This document shows, piece after piece, positions 11,951 through 25,800 of a DNA stretch of 64,000 nt; position 1 is the stretch's first letter, and every line of letters starts with the position of its first letter. The stretch lies in NCBI RefSeq assembly GCF_037042905.1, contig NC_087251.1, forward strand, positions 12,402,001 through 12,466,000, read 5' to 3'. The position numbers and the translations under genes are program-made. This stretch comes from Lytechinus pictus (taxonomy: Eukaryota). The notes beneath the pieces were generated by a model that did not search any database, was not told the origin of the DNA, and saw nothing but the letters and a program-made list of their open reading frames with translations.

Positions 11951-13742
11951 TTTTTCAGTCTCACAGGGAGATGAAAATGCAAGGTTTTGCATGGCATCTT
12001 GGTTTTGGAGGAACTTGCTTTCATGAAATACATATGTCACAACGACACCCAAGACGGTATAAGAATGTAGGGAGGAGTGTATATTGGTCTATTACCCCGC
12101 TGTTACCCCTAGAAATAGGCCTGCAGGACTACGTATTTCCTTACATAAGTTCCCTCCCCCTTTAATTCTCCACAATAACTTCTAATATCTTTCCTTAATA
12201 TTTCCTTTTCTCCTCATTTTTTTTAAATTTCCTCCATTTTCTTTTCTGCATATGCATATGGTGGGGGAGGGGAACCTTGGAGAGTTTGAGGCACATGCCC
12301 CCGGGCATGCCCCCCCCCCCCGAAAGTTCGGACAAAAAACAACGGAGGAAGAGAATTAAAAAGGAAAGGAAATGGCAAAATGATCATTATCATCTGAATA
12401 TGGAAAAAATCCATTATAAAATTTGAATGATTAAAAAGGTCAATCTACCGACTGCTTTTTATCGCTAGTTAATTTATTTATTCACTCATGTTTTCGTTTT
12501 CATTCATTTTCGTAAAGCATAGCTTATTTTGATGAGGGGTTGTCCGGCCTCAGCCTAAACCATGAAACAAATCATTCCTTTTTTTTTAACATACTAGATA
12601 TCGCACCCTTCATTGCGAGCAACACATAATTCCGGACATAACCCCCCCCCCCCTCTTCCTCTCTCTCACACTCCCATCTCCTTTCTCCCTATAGCTTCGC
12701 CCCGATAGGGCCCGTTCATTTCCTGGCTTTTTACTCTTTCTCTCTGAAGTTTTATTAGTTGCAAATGATATTTATTCTATATACAAGTATAGATGCGTAA
12801 TCGCTCATAAAATTTCCCCAGGCCCACCTCTCCCTTTCCTCACAGTACCTCCTCCCATAGGCGGATCCAGGGGGGCCCGAGGGGCCGCGGCCCCCCTCCC
12901 CCCCCCCCCCCCTATGGCGGAGCAAAACAAAATTTAAAAAAAGGGGAAAGAAAAAAAAAAGAAGAAGGGGAAAGAAAGGAGGAAAAAGAAGAGGAAAAAA
13001 TAAGAGAAAACGAGTGAATAAATATAGGTTAGGGGAAGTCTTGGAAAATGATTTTAAAAAATATTTCATGTCACTATTAAATTTTCGCTCGCACTTCGCG
13101 CTCGCATTGCCTGTTCGATGAGATACACATCTTGCTCAATAGGCTGATATGTGGCTTAAAATATCAACTTTTGAAGTCAATATACAAAGCATATTTCAGC
13201 TCGGACATCGAGCTTTCATTATTTTGTTTGATTTAAAAATTGATTTTTTTTAAATGAGTGCTCTGTAAAATGTCCGTTTTATGTTGTAAATATCATTTGC
13301 AGCTTTTTGCGCTGTTCGCTCGCATTATTTGAATTGCCAAGTAGGCCTAACATATTGTCTTTGTTTATTCCATAAGATTCTTTATAACTAATTCTATAGC
13401 AATTAAACTAGTTAAAATCCCCCTTTTATGACAGTTAATCAAAACTTTCGTCTCGCCATTTGCGCTCGCATTAATTTTTACAAATACATCAACTCATGAA
13501 TCCTATTCATTATTACAAAAGTGCTTAAACTATCCAGTTTTCAGGCCTCAATGTCAACAAATTTCACTCAACCATCACATTAATAAATATGATAATGAAA
13601 TTTTCATGAATTCCTAATAACTAAATTGTCCCTTTTTCAGAAAAGAATGTCGACAAGTTTCATATCGCGCTTAGGAAGAGGAATAGGAAGATAGTCATCA
13701 TTTTCATATGATTAAAAATGTCCTTATGCCTAGAATGTCCAG

Positions 13743-13900
13743 GGGAGTGTTTCATCAACATTTTCATCCGACAAGTTGTCAGATCTGACATCTTTCTCTG
13801 ATGTTGATTGGCTGAGAGGTACTATTACTATGGTAACTGTCGGATAAAATGGGACTTGTCGGATAAAACGTCCGACAAGTCCTTTCATGAAACGCCCCCC
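13743..13900. mobile_element. PIF/Harbinger-like MITE
   Basis: TIRs GGGAGTGTTTCAT / ATGAAACGCCCCC with CWG flanks. It is absent from the homologous position near 34600. Confidence 0.7.
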
Positions 13901-14761
13901 TGGTCCTAGGTCAAAAGAATAATAATAATAATAATCAGCTCACGCTTCGCACTCGCATCATTTTATTAAGTGCTATCCACATCAACTTTACAATTCCCCT
14001 ACACAGTGCTTAAGATAGTGCTTAAATTCGCCCTTTTCATACCGGATCAAATATTTTCCGCTCGCGCTTCGCATTCGCATTATTGATTTTCATGATAAAA
14101 AAAATGAAATGTATTCAGAATGCCGAGATTCTGTCTAACTCTAAAACACGCGCACACCTGTTTATTAAAATACGCAGCTTGATCTTTATTCAAAACGTGC
14201 TAAAATTATCCAGTTTCAGATCAGAAGATACAAAAACTATGTTCGCACTTTGCGCTCGCATTATTAATGTAGCAAGCTATCAAATTACCCATCCTTTTTC
14301 ATGATTTATAAAACATGAATAGGGTGTCCCATGTTTAGGTCTGAAATCTCATTTTTTTCCGCTCGCGCTCCGCGCTCGCATCAATTGTTTGGTTATTTAC
14401 CTATACCGTGAATGATTACAACAATTTTAGAATGTCAATTTTTTAGGTCGGAATGTCAAAAAAATTTCAGCTCGCGCTTTGCGCTCGCATTATTTTATAG
14501 TTAAAATATGCATCGTCTTAATGGCCAACTGCAAAAACATCCTTAACAGGTCCCTTTTCGATCAAGCCAGAACCTATATTATCTAGTAACATACGCATCT
14601 TGTTCAGGTTCAACATTGGCCAGAATGTTCAATTTTCAGGACAAAATACATGAAACTCCCAAAGTGTTTAGCTCGCGCTCGCACTATCTAAATAGGGCTA
14701 ATAAGATATACACTCTTATGTTATTTATTAAGAATAAAGCTAAGAAATTACTGTTAGGACA

Positions 14762-15198
14762 TAATAATAATACACAGTTCTTGTATAGCGCATATCACAA
14801 TTTTGAATAATGTCTCTATGCGCTTCCAAAGGACTTGGATATCATTACCCCAGCTGTATCTCACTAATCAAGTTCTGCGAGCGCGAAGCGCGAGCTGAAA
14901 ATTTTTGAAATTCAGACCTGAAGAGGGGCATTCTCAAGCTTGTTTGTAGAAATTCAATAAGACCATACGTATTTCACTTACTAAATGATGCGAGCGCGAA
15001 GCGCGAGCTGAAAATTTTTGATAGAGTATTCAGACAAGTAAAGACAATTTTTTAAGGACTGTTTTCAGGAATTCATGAAGAGTGCAGCACAGTGTGGATA
15101 AATTTCTTGCCGAAGGAAATTACGCCATAGCTGGGATTCGAACCCACGACCCTCTGTTTCAAAGTCCGGAGACTAATCCACTGGGCCACAACGCTCCA
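14762..15198 (-). mobile_element. tRNA-derived SINE whose central part is replaced by foreign repeat DNA
   Basis: A-box TGGCCCAGTGG, B-box GGTTCGAATCC and tail GCGCTATACAAGAACTGTG(TAT)n. A partial sister copy lies at 45224-45393. Confidence 0.8.
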
Positions 15199-16119
15199 TA
15201 GTGGACATGTGGACGCTCCCCCCCCCCCCCCCCAATATTACACGACCAAGAAAAAAAAGAGGCCTATTTTTATGTAAAAATCTATCACAAACTTTGATTT
15301 TTGTAATAAAAATATCAAAATTTTTGCTCGCTCGCAACTTATCAATTTTGCGCAATACGCCGTATCGAGCCCCCTCAAAATTGGTGGTTCATTACGCCAC
15401 TGGGACAACCCCTTCAAAGAAACAAACAAAAATCAACTTTGAGCGGCCGATCGGGGAAAATATGGGTGAAAAAAATTTCGGGCCCCCCTATTGGCGGAAG
15501 CTGGATCCGCCCCTGTCCCCTCCCCCTCTCTCCTTTCAATCTCTCATATGCAAATCAAGCAACTAAAAAAAAATATCTCTACAAAGTGATAATTTACAAA
15601 ATAATTTTTTTCTGTCCCGTAATATATACATTCCATAAATTTATACGCCAAAGAATTATTGTTCACGAAATAAACAAAATAGGCCTACCATAGGCCTATA
15701 GGATTTGTAATATACAAAAAATTGCATAGTTTTATGAAAGAAATAAACACACGCAAAAAATCCCCTAATTTTTTTTTCTTAAAATATCATATAACTTTTA
15801 AAAGAATCATATCTGAGCAATAAGAAAAATAATTATTTTTTCGTACACTTTATTGACTCACTTTTCCTTGTTGGGGATTAAGTGATCTCAAGAGTCATTC
15901 GGGGCTCCACGACACAGATTTTTGACAGGATCTGGGATCAATCAATAAAACTTATCAAAACACTTAAAACCAACAAAACATACTTAGAATAACAAATTTG
16001 TAAAAACTACTGTAAGCATTATTTTAATGTGATTGGCTGATAGTAAACTTGTTATAGAAATTGTGCATTTGTTATCATAAAAAAGTCTCTATGAAACACG
16101 ACCGTTTTTCTGGTATATT

Positions 16120-16268
16120 GGATCCGTTGCAGAAAGAGTTGTGTAAAACGCAAATCAAAAAATCAATAGCAAGTCCCAAATGAGCGCTGTTCATTGGTTG
16201 AAAATCATTGAAGTTACGCATGTTTTTTAGAGTTGCGATTGATTGCAACTCTTTCTGCAACGGGCCCC
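16120..16268. mobile_element. Harbinger-like MITE
   Basis: Inverted termini CCGTTGCAGAAAGAGTTG / CAACTCTTTCTGCAACGG. Confidence 0.7.
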
Positions 16269-16860
16269 AGGTTTTAATGATAGTGTGACACACCCTTACA
16301 CGCTTCCTGACTCTTCATATCTTTGAAGATTCTGAAAGCTCAATCTGAGAAAAAAAACTCTCATCGTTTCTGTAACCCTTGTTTTGAAATTGTAATATCC
16401 ATAAAGTTTAAGTTTGTTCAGATATTTCTAGCAAAATCTTAAATCTTGTACGAACGTAATTTATTGTAACAATGTCATGGTTGCATGAGTGATCACATCT
16501 TATGAATAACGAAAGGGGGCACTATGGACCTAAGCTGTTATTTTGATGCATGCTCACTGGTACAGACAGAACTTGGTGGATCAATCACATTTCACACGTA
16601 AGTTAATCGATGAGTTTAGAAACAAATGTTACGCAAACCAGAGGTTTAAAAGCTTAAAAGATATCTTATTTTGAAAAGAGTTATCCCTTTTTGAGTTTGC
16701 ATTTTACAGTGGCTGTTAATAGGAAATGCCATAAAGGCCTACTGCTCACATTTCTAAAATACTTTGATAATCACAATCCCTCTATATGAGAGATAAAATT
16801 GTGTTCAAAATATTACCCCGCGATATATTTATGGATGCCAATAAGGCGGGAAATTGATAT

Positions 16861-19800
16861 TTATTTCCGGAGTAAAGCTACAATACACAAGAGAGAGAAA
16901 ACAAAAACACGAGATATCTGAAAGATACTGGCACTACCCTCGGTTGTAGGGGCGGGTTGCGTTGGATCCCAATATTCTGGTTTGCTGTTCAAGTTTGTGT
17001 AGATGTAAGGGAACTCCTAAAAATGCAAAACGAAACGAAAAGTAAAGAGAGAATGACTTGCCCACACAAAAAACAAAAAATGAAGAGATAAACCTTTTCA
17101 GACGATCGTCTTAAAAAAATAAGAATTTTGCCTTTTTTGTAATAGAAATTCAATTTATTTGACAAAAAGCTAATCATTTTAGTTTATATTTTGTATGTAT
17201 ATAGAGAATTGGATTATGTTCCTGAAACTAAAATAAAATTAGGCTAACCACAACCAGAATGAGAATGCGAGTTACTTGAGGATTTCACTTCATAATTTTT
17301 CACGAATTTCATTTGTCTCCTGAATCAATTTGTAGAAAAAATGAACAGTCAATGCATCATCATACATAATCATTATTATTATTAATGAAATTGGGGGAGG
17401 CTGTAATGATGCATACTAAAATAAGATAAAAACAACAACATGATTTCGCATTTGAAAAACATATTAGGGCCTGCCCCATGCAATCAATATCAAACAGTAG
17501 TATTTACTTCAAGTTGATACTATACATGTATAGATTACATTCTTCTCCTCCGGTCACAAGGAAAACGGTCCATAACAACAGTGACACGAACAAGAACCCC
17601 CCCCCCTTGCCATCCCTACCCAGCCTCTACTCCTACCCAAGTGAGAGAGAAGGCTATGCTGTATGGTTTAGTTACCTCAGTTGGGCATGAGATGTTTGTC
17701 ACAGAGGGATTCCATTCCTCTCGTTTCTGTCCAACAGGTTCAATCTGAAAATACAACAAAAAATGCATGTTTGATATATTGTGGAACAACCGCTTACCAA
17801 TTAAACACTGTTTATGATAAATTGAGCACAAATCATGTTACAACGATATACACTACTCAAAAAAAGTTAAGGACCACTTTTTAAAACGTACATAAAGATT
17901 TTATACAAGGTGTTTTATTTCTGGAAATACCTCAGTACAACTGTCCTAAATGTCCTTAAACACGCTGTAATCAATTTCACGCATGGGTGGTTTCAGTTGT
18001 TGCACAATGTCTCTCGCATCGCTGCACATTCTGAAAAGTGGGCCCCGAGGGGTATCAGCTACCGACATGAAGTGGTAAAAACGAATGTCTGAGTGTCTTT
18101 CAGGCAGTTCAGTAACGAGTGTGACCACCTCCTGCAGCAATAACGGCTTCACAGCGCTGTCTCATGGAGCTGATGAGGCGATTGATGTCTCTGACGTCCA
18201 GTGCATCCCATGCAGCCTCCAGAGCCACACCCAGCTGCTGCAGTCCAAGTGGATGGGCTTCGAGCTGCTCGAGACTCCTCCCCATCATGTCCCAGACGTG
18301 CTCTATCGGGTTTAAGTCCGGGGACCTCGCTGGCCACTCCATACGCTCAATCCCCTTGCCCTCAAGGAACTCGGTCACCACCCTAGCTCGGTGGGCACGG
18401 GCATTGTCATCCATGAAAATGATGTTTTGTCCCACATTTTCTGCAAATGGCACCACTATAGGTTCAAGGACCTCATCCCTGTACCTCACTCCTGTCATTG
18501 CTCCCCCTGGGACCACGTAGAGACGAGTACGGTTGGCGTAGGTGATGCCTCCCCACACCATGACGCTGCCTCCCCCATAACGGTCATGTTCTGCAATACA
18601 GGGGTCTGCAAATCTCTCTCCTGGTCGCCTCCAGACTCTCGAACGTCCATCATTGTGGTCAAGGGAAAATCTGCTCTCATCTGTGAACAGAACTCTACGC
18701 CATTGCTGTCTGGTCCATCTGACGTGCTCCCGGGCCCAGTTGAGACGAATTCTTCTGTGAGCAGGGGTGAGTGGGACACACTGAGCTGGATGAGAGAGAT
18801 TTGCAGACCCCTGTATTGCAGAACATGACCGTTATGGGGTATTCTCAAGCTTGTTTGTAGAAATTCAATAAGACCATACGTATTTCACTTACTAAATGAT
18901 GCGAGCGCGAAGCGCGAGCTGAAAATTTTTGATAGAGTATTCAGACAAGTAAAGAAAAAATGTTAAGGACTGTTTTCAGGAATTCATGAAGAGCAGACAT
19001 ACCTCACCAATCCACAAATGCGAACGTAAGCACTAACTCTTTAAGAAGTCATGAAAGAGAAGCATGTCACTACATTAAATAATAACTCGAAATGCGAGGA
19101 AATACATTTGGTGTATATTGACTTGAAAACGGGATGTTTTAGTACCGACAACAGGATTATACATTTCATTAAACAGAAATTGCGAGCACCAGGAATGATA
19201 AACACAATGTCATAGACCCTCAGCAAAATATGTTTCATAAAGTTTAAAAAAAAATATTTATATGATATAATATATTATAATATAATATATTATAATATAT
19301 ATATTTATATACATAACTTAATATAATAGAATATACACTAGTTTCTTCTTCTACTACGCCTCTCCTTTTTTTCTCCCTCTTTTTCTCCTTTCCCCCGGTT
19401 TTTTTTGCCAGCCGATTGGGCTGTTACGCCACTGCCCGTATGTAGCTAGTGGTAAAGACATCGTAAAAGATTAAATACCTGTAAAGCTTTTAGTCTATCA
19501 TGCAATGTCTTTGTTATCACCGAATGATAGGATCATATATGATTTGGGATTAAACAGACTAGAAGTGTTTTACAATAAACAAGAATAATTTCTTTCTTGA
19601 TTGATGTAATTATATTACCATGTTATTCCAAAGTTCTAGTCCACTCTGCGCATGACCCTTGGCGCTGAAATGAAAACAGTCTGGGGCAAAGTATGAAAAA
19701 TCTGGATCTCCATCCTGCAGGGTAGTTAAAAAGAATGAAAATCAGAAATCATTAAGAAAATACAGATAAATTTCAAATCAAGACCTTATGTTGAGAAAAT

Positions 19801-22800
19801 CAGAATATCTATCAGAGAAAGAATTACTGATGAGAGATGTAAAATATGAGATTTATATATATATTTTCCATTAATATTCCGGCCAAAAATTAGCTCACTC
19901 TGCATGGCACTTTGATTGATCTCCAAAACAATATTTTTCCTCCCGGAGAGTAAACTAATAATTTGCTCTCAAAGGTCTCTTTAACCTCTTGTGTCATAAT
20001 CTTGCGTGATGAATTTCTCTGCTTTCCAAAACATTTGCATTTAATACGAGCGAACGCAACGCCCAATGTTTGTGTCTGTTTGATAGTACTTAGGATCATC
20101 ACCATCATAAAACCGTAAAACACAACAGTCGATCGATGTTACAGCTGCATATATGTGTATTTGCACTTTCTTTGCCTTCCAAATCATTGTTGTTTCTATC
20201 GGCAAACGAAGCAAGCTACCGACAGCAATTTATTTTCTTTAGAATATTGGATTCGTCCAAGAATAATAACCAATGGTCATATTTTTTGTTTTATTCAGGG
20301 ATAGTGAGATAATTGACTGCACAGACAATATATATTTTTTTGTGATAATCGACAGGTTTCTGTTCGATAAGGTTGTCATGGCAATTATCATCGATAACAG
20401 ACGTAAGTTGTGTTGTGATTTGAAAATAGAAACTTTATCATTATATAGATTTGACTATGTAAAGGTCGTCATTAAAATAGAGTGAAAACGAAAATGAAGG
20501 AGAATTTCAAAACATATTCGAGATACCTAATTTATCTTTCAAAACTAAACTTTGTCACCATCCAAAATGTGAAAAAAAAAGAAGCAAGTTGATCACAGGA
20601 GAACACAATCACAGATAACACGGACCTGATGTAGACTTAAAACTATACATTATAATACGTATTTCACTAATCAAAGAATGTGATGCGAAGCGCGAGCTAT
20701 ATATTTTTTTATTTAGAAGACCAAAAATGGTGGGAATGGTGGAGTGGGGATTTTAGAAAAAGAAGAGGCTTATGTCATGAAAATAATAAAAGCTCGTAGC
20801 GCGAGGAAAAATATTTGGTGTACATTGACTTGGAAACGAAATGTTTTTAGCGCCATGTTTTCCTCTTGAACGGGATTATGATTGTATCTCATTACATAGA
20901 CAATCCGAGTGCCAGGATTGGTGAACACATAGCAGTTCCAGTTTCATTTTCAATTCTTATTTGTAATTTCCAACAAAGGTACAAAATTCATAAAGATGTC
21001 ATGAAATTAAGTAATAAATCAGAGTAATATATATAAGCAAATTATCATATACATTATAAAGATCTAAGATGGAGGGAAAGGGATACTCAACATGAAGCTG
21101 GGCTGCAAAAGACCATGACCATAATGATCGTTGCCCTTTATAATCCTAGGGGGAGGGAGGGGGCGTTCCCCATGAACATATTGGGGGACAAACATCGACT
21201 AGCTCCTTCAATAATTTTGACAACTTGAAAAATATAGTTTTCAATGCAAAAACAAATGTCTGAAAAAGCATCGGAAAAGCACTATAAACCAGTATACTTT
21301 ACATTAAGATATAATTAACATACAAACTTTGTCAAGATTTGGAGGGTCTCTTTATTGTGAAAAAATTATTTTTTAAAATTTGACGCGCAGACCGCGCGGA
21401 TATCTTTTCACCCCCCCCCCCCCCCATCCCCTCCGAAACATGGATCCACATCCCTGAATCTAAACAAGGATTTTCAATAGCTAATTTTAACCTCGATCAC
21501 GAAGAATATAGCGACCAAACTATTTTATTTAAACAAGAATTATCCTCAATAAAGAAAAAAATATCAGAGGGAGCGATTTTACAAAAGTAGACAAAATCGA
21601 TAATAAAACGGCAATATTATTCATGTTGGTAAAAGTAGGGAGGTAAATTTGAAATAAAAACGTTTTGGGTATTCTGTTGTATTGCAGGCCATGCAGGGGA
21701 TCACTGACTTACTATTCTTGCACTTTAAGAGAGCATTAATGTATTGTGCATTTAGATGTTATTTTGCGAGGGAGCTTGTAGCGACCGAGCGAAAAAAAAT
21801 TGAATTTGAATAGTAAAAGCTTTGATTTTAGAGTACTTGACTGCATGAATAAAATACTGCATTACTCAATACATATATACGCTTGTTATGGCATACATAG
21901 TACTTTTTCTGGTCAAGCATATTAAGAGGGCTTCAGCGATTTTCTTTTTTTTGGGGGGGAGGGGGGAGTTCTTCAGTCCCCAAAGCTCCTCCTAGAACCA
22001 CGCTTTATTTTCACTTACCTCTGTAAAAGGCACTGATGTCTCGTGAAGGAATGGTTGTAAAACCACCGTAAAATCATCTTTGTCGTCATACTGCCCGCTG
22101 TTAATATCTTCCCTAAGTTTTACCTACCGAGTAAGTGATAAATTATTTCTTTTTAAATAAGACTAGAAATGTCATAATTGATCAATCGTTGGTAAATATA
22201 ATGGTACACTATTTTCATCATATTCACAATTTGAGATTTTATTTAATTAAATGAATAGCAGTCACAGAATAAGATAGTCCAATGTCGACTTACTCCATTA
22301 TGACACAAATTCCAATTTTGAAACAGATTCCAGATTTAAGATTCTAATTAATAAGATTTTCCAGTCTTCAAAAAACCAATCTATCAATAGATAATATATG
22401 AATTCATGGACGATAATTTTAAAAAGAGAAAAGTCTAATCGTGGTACTTTGAAGTAGGCATTTTCTTTTTGTGTGTGTGTGTGTGGCTCTCAAGATGCGC
22501 GATACATTATGACTGAGATTTATGAATTCAATTCAATTCGATTAAATTCAGATAAATTGATTATGCGCAATCCCTTTTACATATCCGCAATGATGGTGAT
22601 GGATGGGTTTGATTCATTTTTCCGCATTGAACATAACTAGTTCTACATCACAGTACAGTTACCATTCACCTCTAATGATATAGCCCCAATTCCTGAAAGA
22701 TTACCTGAAACACTTTCTGAGCCATTGATTTCTTGGCACTATATATTCTTCTTGTATCGGGCGCTCCCACTTTATTGCAAAATTATTTTACTCTTGTCAT

Positions 22801-25800
22801 ACGGCGAAGAATTGTTCACTTATCCCATATCAAGGAGTTCTTTCATGATCCCACATACCTGATATTCCTTGTTCATATCTTCGAATCGTTTTAGTTCTTC
22901 GTCCGTTAAGAACATTCCACAAGGACAAAACGCCCTGTTGCAGTTTAGGGGAGAAAATATCGCAATGTTTCGTTAGTTGGATTTCGAATATGATGAGGAT
23001 TTTTTTATCTTTGATTAGATAATTAGCAATTTTATTTTTAGATCTATTTTTCCTTTCACGTTTATTAAAGAGATATACGATCCCATGATTTATTGAGCAG
23101 ACTTAGTGTAAAAAAGTGTGCTTTTTAATAAGTGAAAGATTTTTTTTTCTAATAAAAATATTATTAAACGCACTTATTATATTATTTCTCGGTCCTGTTC
23201 TTCTAGAACTGGGTGTTCTAGTTCCTTCTCTTCCATTTCGAGGATACACCCATCACTATTTCCTAATGACTAACATCTTTTAATGTTTAATGATGTGATT
23301 CAATTTTCAGACAAATAAGTTTGATTTTATTCATATTTAATGTTTCATCGAATAATTTATAAACTCGTGTATATGAAAACATTCAGCAGGCTTAGAACAT
23401 GAATACTTCATTATTTTTTCCATCTGGATTTCAAATTCATATCATATGCACATAATTATTAAACTGACAATAAACACGAACAAATTACATGCATGGTTAT
23501 ATTACAACTACAGGTGTCATTTATGTAGTAAATAGAGTATTGACTGAAAAAATAAATTAAATTTTTAAACTAATATATTTAGTATATATACTAGTTTTAA
23601 ATGTTAATTTAATTTTTACATGCATATGATAATTTTAATATGCCTATAGATCTCTTCCATGCACACACGCACCCTCACGCCTTCATGTACGCGCACACCC
23701 TTAGCGGCACCGCGCACCTTACGATTGATCTGCGATCTGATTTTTATATAAAACGTAGTAGAATTTGTTGCTAAAATTGAGACATGGAATATTGTACTGT
23801 GTAATGTTCTAAATCATCATACGAATACCTATGTTCAAATCTGTTAGCTATGTCATCATCTTTATTAGAATAAAATTGATTTTAATATCTAGTCTTAATG
23901 AAGTCATAGCAATAGCACGACTGGCAACGATTTGAAAGCAATTTGACCTTTACTCCAAAATAGCAAATAGAGGCTGGTATTCATCCAAAATTGTTATATT
24001 AATATTCTTTCAGTTAATTTCAACCTCAAATAAAATGATACTTTTTATTCACATTTTCAGAAAATTAGTAAAATGCGATTTGTTCAAAAATCGGATAGTG
24101 GTCGTAAGGTATGCGGTGGACTTTACATACACACACCCTCACCCAAATACATCAATTGACCTACAGGCTACATGCACACAAAACCGTAGGTTGTAAGTCT
24201 CATAAGGCATATCTTACCAGTGAAATATGTCGCAGATTGTGCCTCTCAAAATATCCACTTGATAAACTTGTAAGAGACCGACTACGTTAACGATTGTCCT
24301 TGGCATCTAAAGGTAGTGAAAAAAAAAATTCTCAGAGTTTTATTCATTTCATATTTCTTCTCAAAATTTCAACATACATTATCACTAAAATGTATAGCTC
24401 GGCCTATAGCAATGGATCATAAATCAACGCAATCAAATTAAGAAATTTTGTACGAGATACATTGTTTGTACGACTTGATAAAACGGAAAATAAATAAAAA
24501 CGTGAAAAAGGGAAATACTAACAGCATATGGGACATACAGAAATATCGAAAATACGCGGATATAATCGATGTTGACTTAAATATAAATTTATTTTAAATA
24601 ATAAATAACACTATGAAAATTGGGTTTAATACCATGCTAATCAAATTAAAAGCGGATCTTAATTTATGATGCTCATTTAAGATGCTGGTCCTGTTATTTA
24701 TGTGGCTTCTCTTCTTCTCAAATAATAAAATTCATAAGGGACCTTGAGTTAAAATGAATTTGAAGAGGAAATGTGATGAAATTCACTGCGGCCACTGGTG
24801 GTTTTTACTGGTCATCAATCCATTAGTCTAAACAATCTAAAGATCCATTGTGAAGATTATTTTTGTCAATTTTGATGTTACTTTACTTTTAATCTAACAC
24901 TTCTGTACCATCGTATCATATAAGGAATAAGACAGTGAAGTGATGCTTGCAGGTGACCCTTGGATTTCTCCTCCGAACAATCTAAAGATCCATTGTGAAG
25001 ATTATTTTTGTCAATTTTGATGTTACTTTACTTTTAATCTAACACTTCTGTACCATCGTATCATATAAGGAATAAGACAGTGAAGTGATGCTTGCAGGTG
25101 ACCCTTGGATTTCTCCTCCGATTGGGTCGGGGAGCCGGCCGCGGCCTCAATGACTCGTGAATAGTTACTGTATGATATAATGTACAAAGAGTTCTCAAAA
25201 AGTCATCGGTGCTATAATTTTCCTTAAATAAATGGATCACTTACCTGATCATGAAGAATCACAAGCGACTCGTGGATGAAGTTGACGTAGTTATCTGAGG
25301 AGTAGTAATCAAGATTGTTACACCAGGCGCACAGATCATTTCCACCGATAAAAATGGTAACGACCTTCCAATCGTTCTCAAAATCAATATCAGGATCAGC
25401 TTTCATCTTTTGGATCAGCCAGTCAGCTTGGTGGGGCATGTCACTAAAAAGAAATAAAAGAGTAATGTCAGCCCATTTCAGTATCATAATGGTTTATTTT
25501 CATTTGGTCTAGTGCCAATTCGTCCAATTACCAACCCGCCTACTATCATTTTGGTCTACCATCAAATCGTCCACTATATCCACATGGCTAATTGTCACTT
25601 CGTCCACTCATCATTTCGTCTGATAACTAGTTGGTCCATTGGTCATTTTAGTCCGTTTACTAATTGGTTTTAATTGGACTAAGTGTTAATTGGGCGAAAT
25701 TAATAAAAAGGAAATTGGTATTAGACTAACTGGTTATTAGACGAAATGTTGATGGACGGAATGGCATTAGAAGGTAGGCCCTATGATGAGTGAACGAGTT

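Larger units (their letters stand above)
12856..15515. mobile_element. Non-autonomous TIR DNA transposon (CATAGGCGGATCCAG...CTGGATCCGCCCCTG) with nested insertions
   Basis: TIRs at both ends and internal GCTCGCGCTTCGCGCTCGCA repeats; colinear with 33161-35874. Confidence 0.8.

Noticed and set aside
15125..15198. tRNA gene (also 650-722)
   Set aside because: A and B boxes are present, but there is no full cloverleaf and the sequence continues into a SINE body and tail.
18164..18848. Plus-strand and alternative-frame ORFs over the transposase
   Set aside because: They are shadow frames of GC-rich transposase coding sequence.
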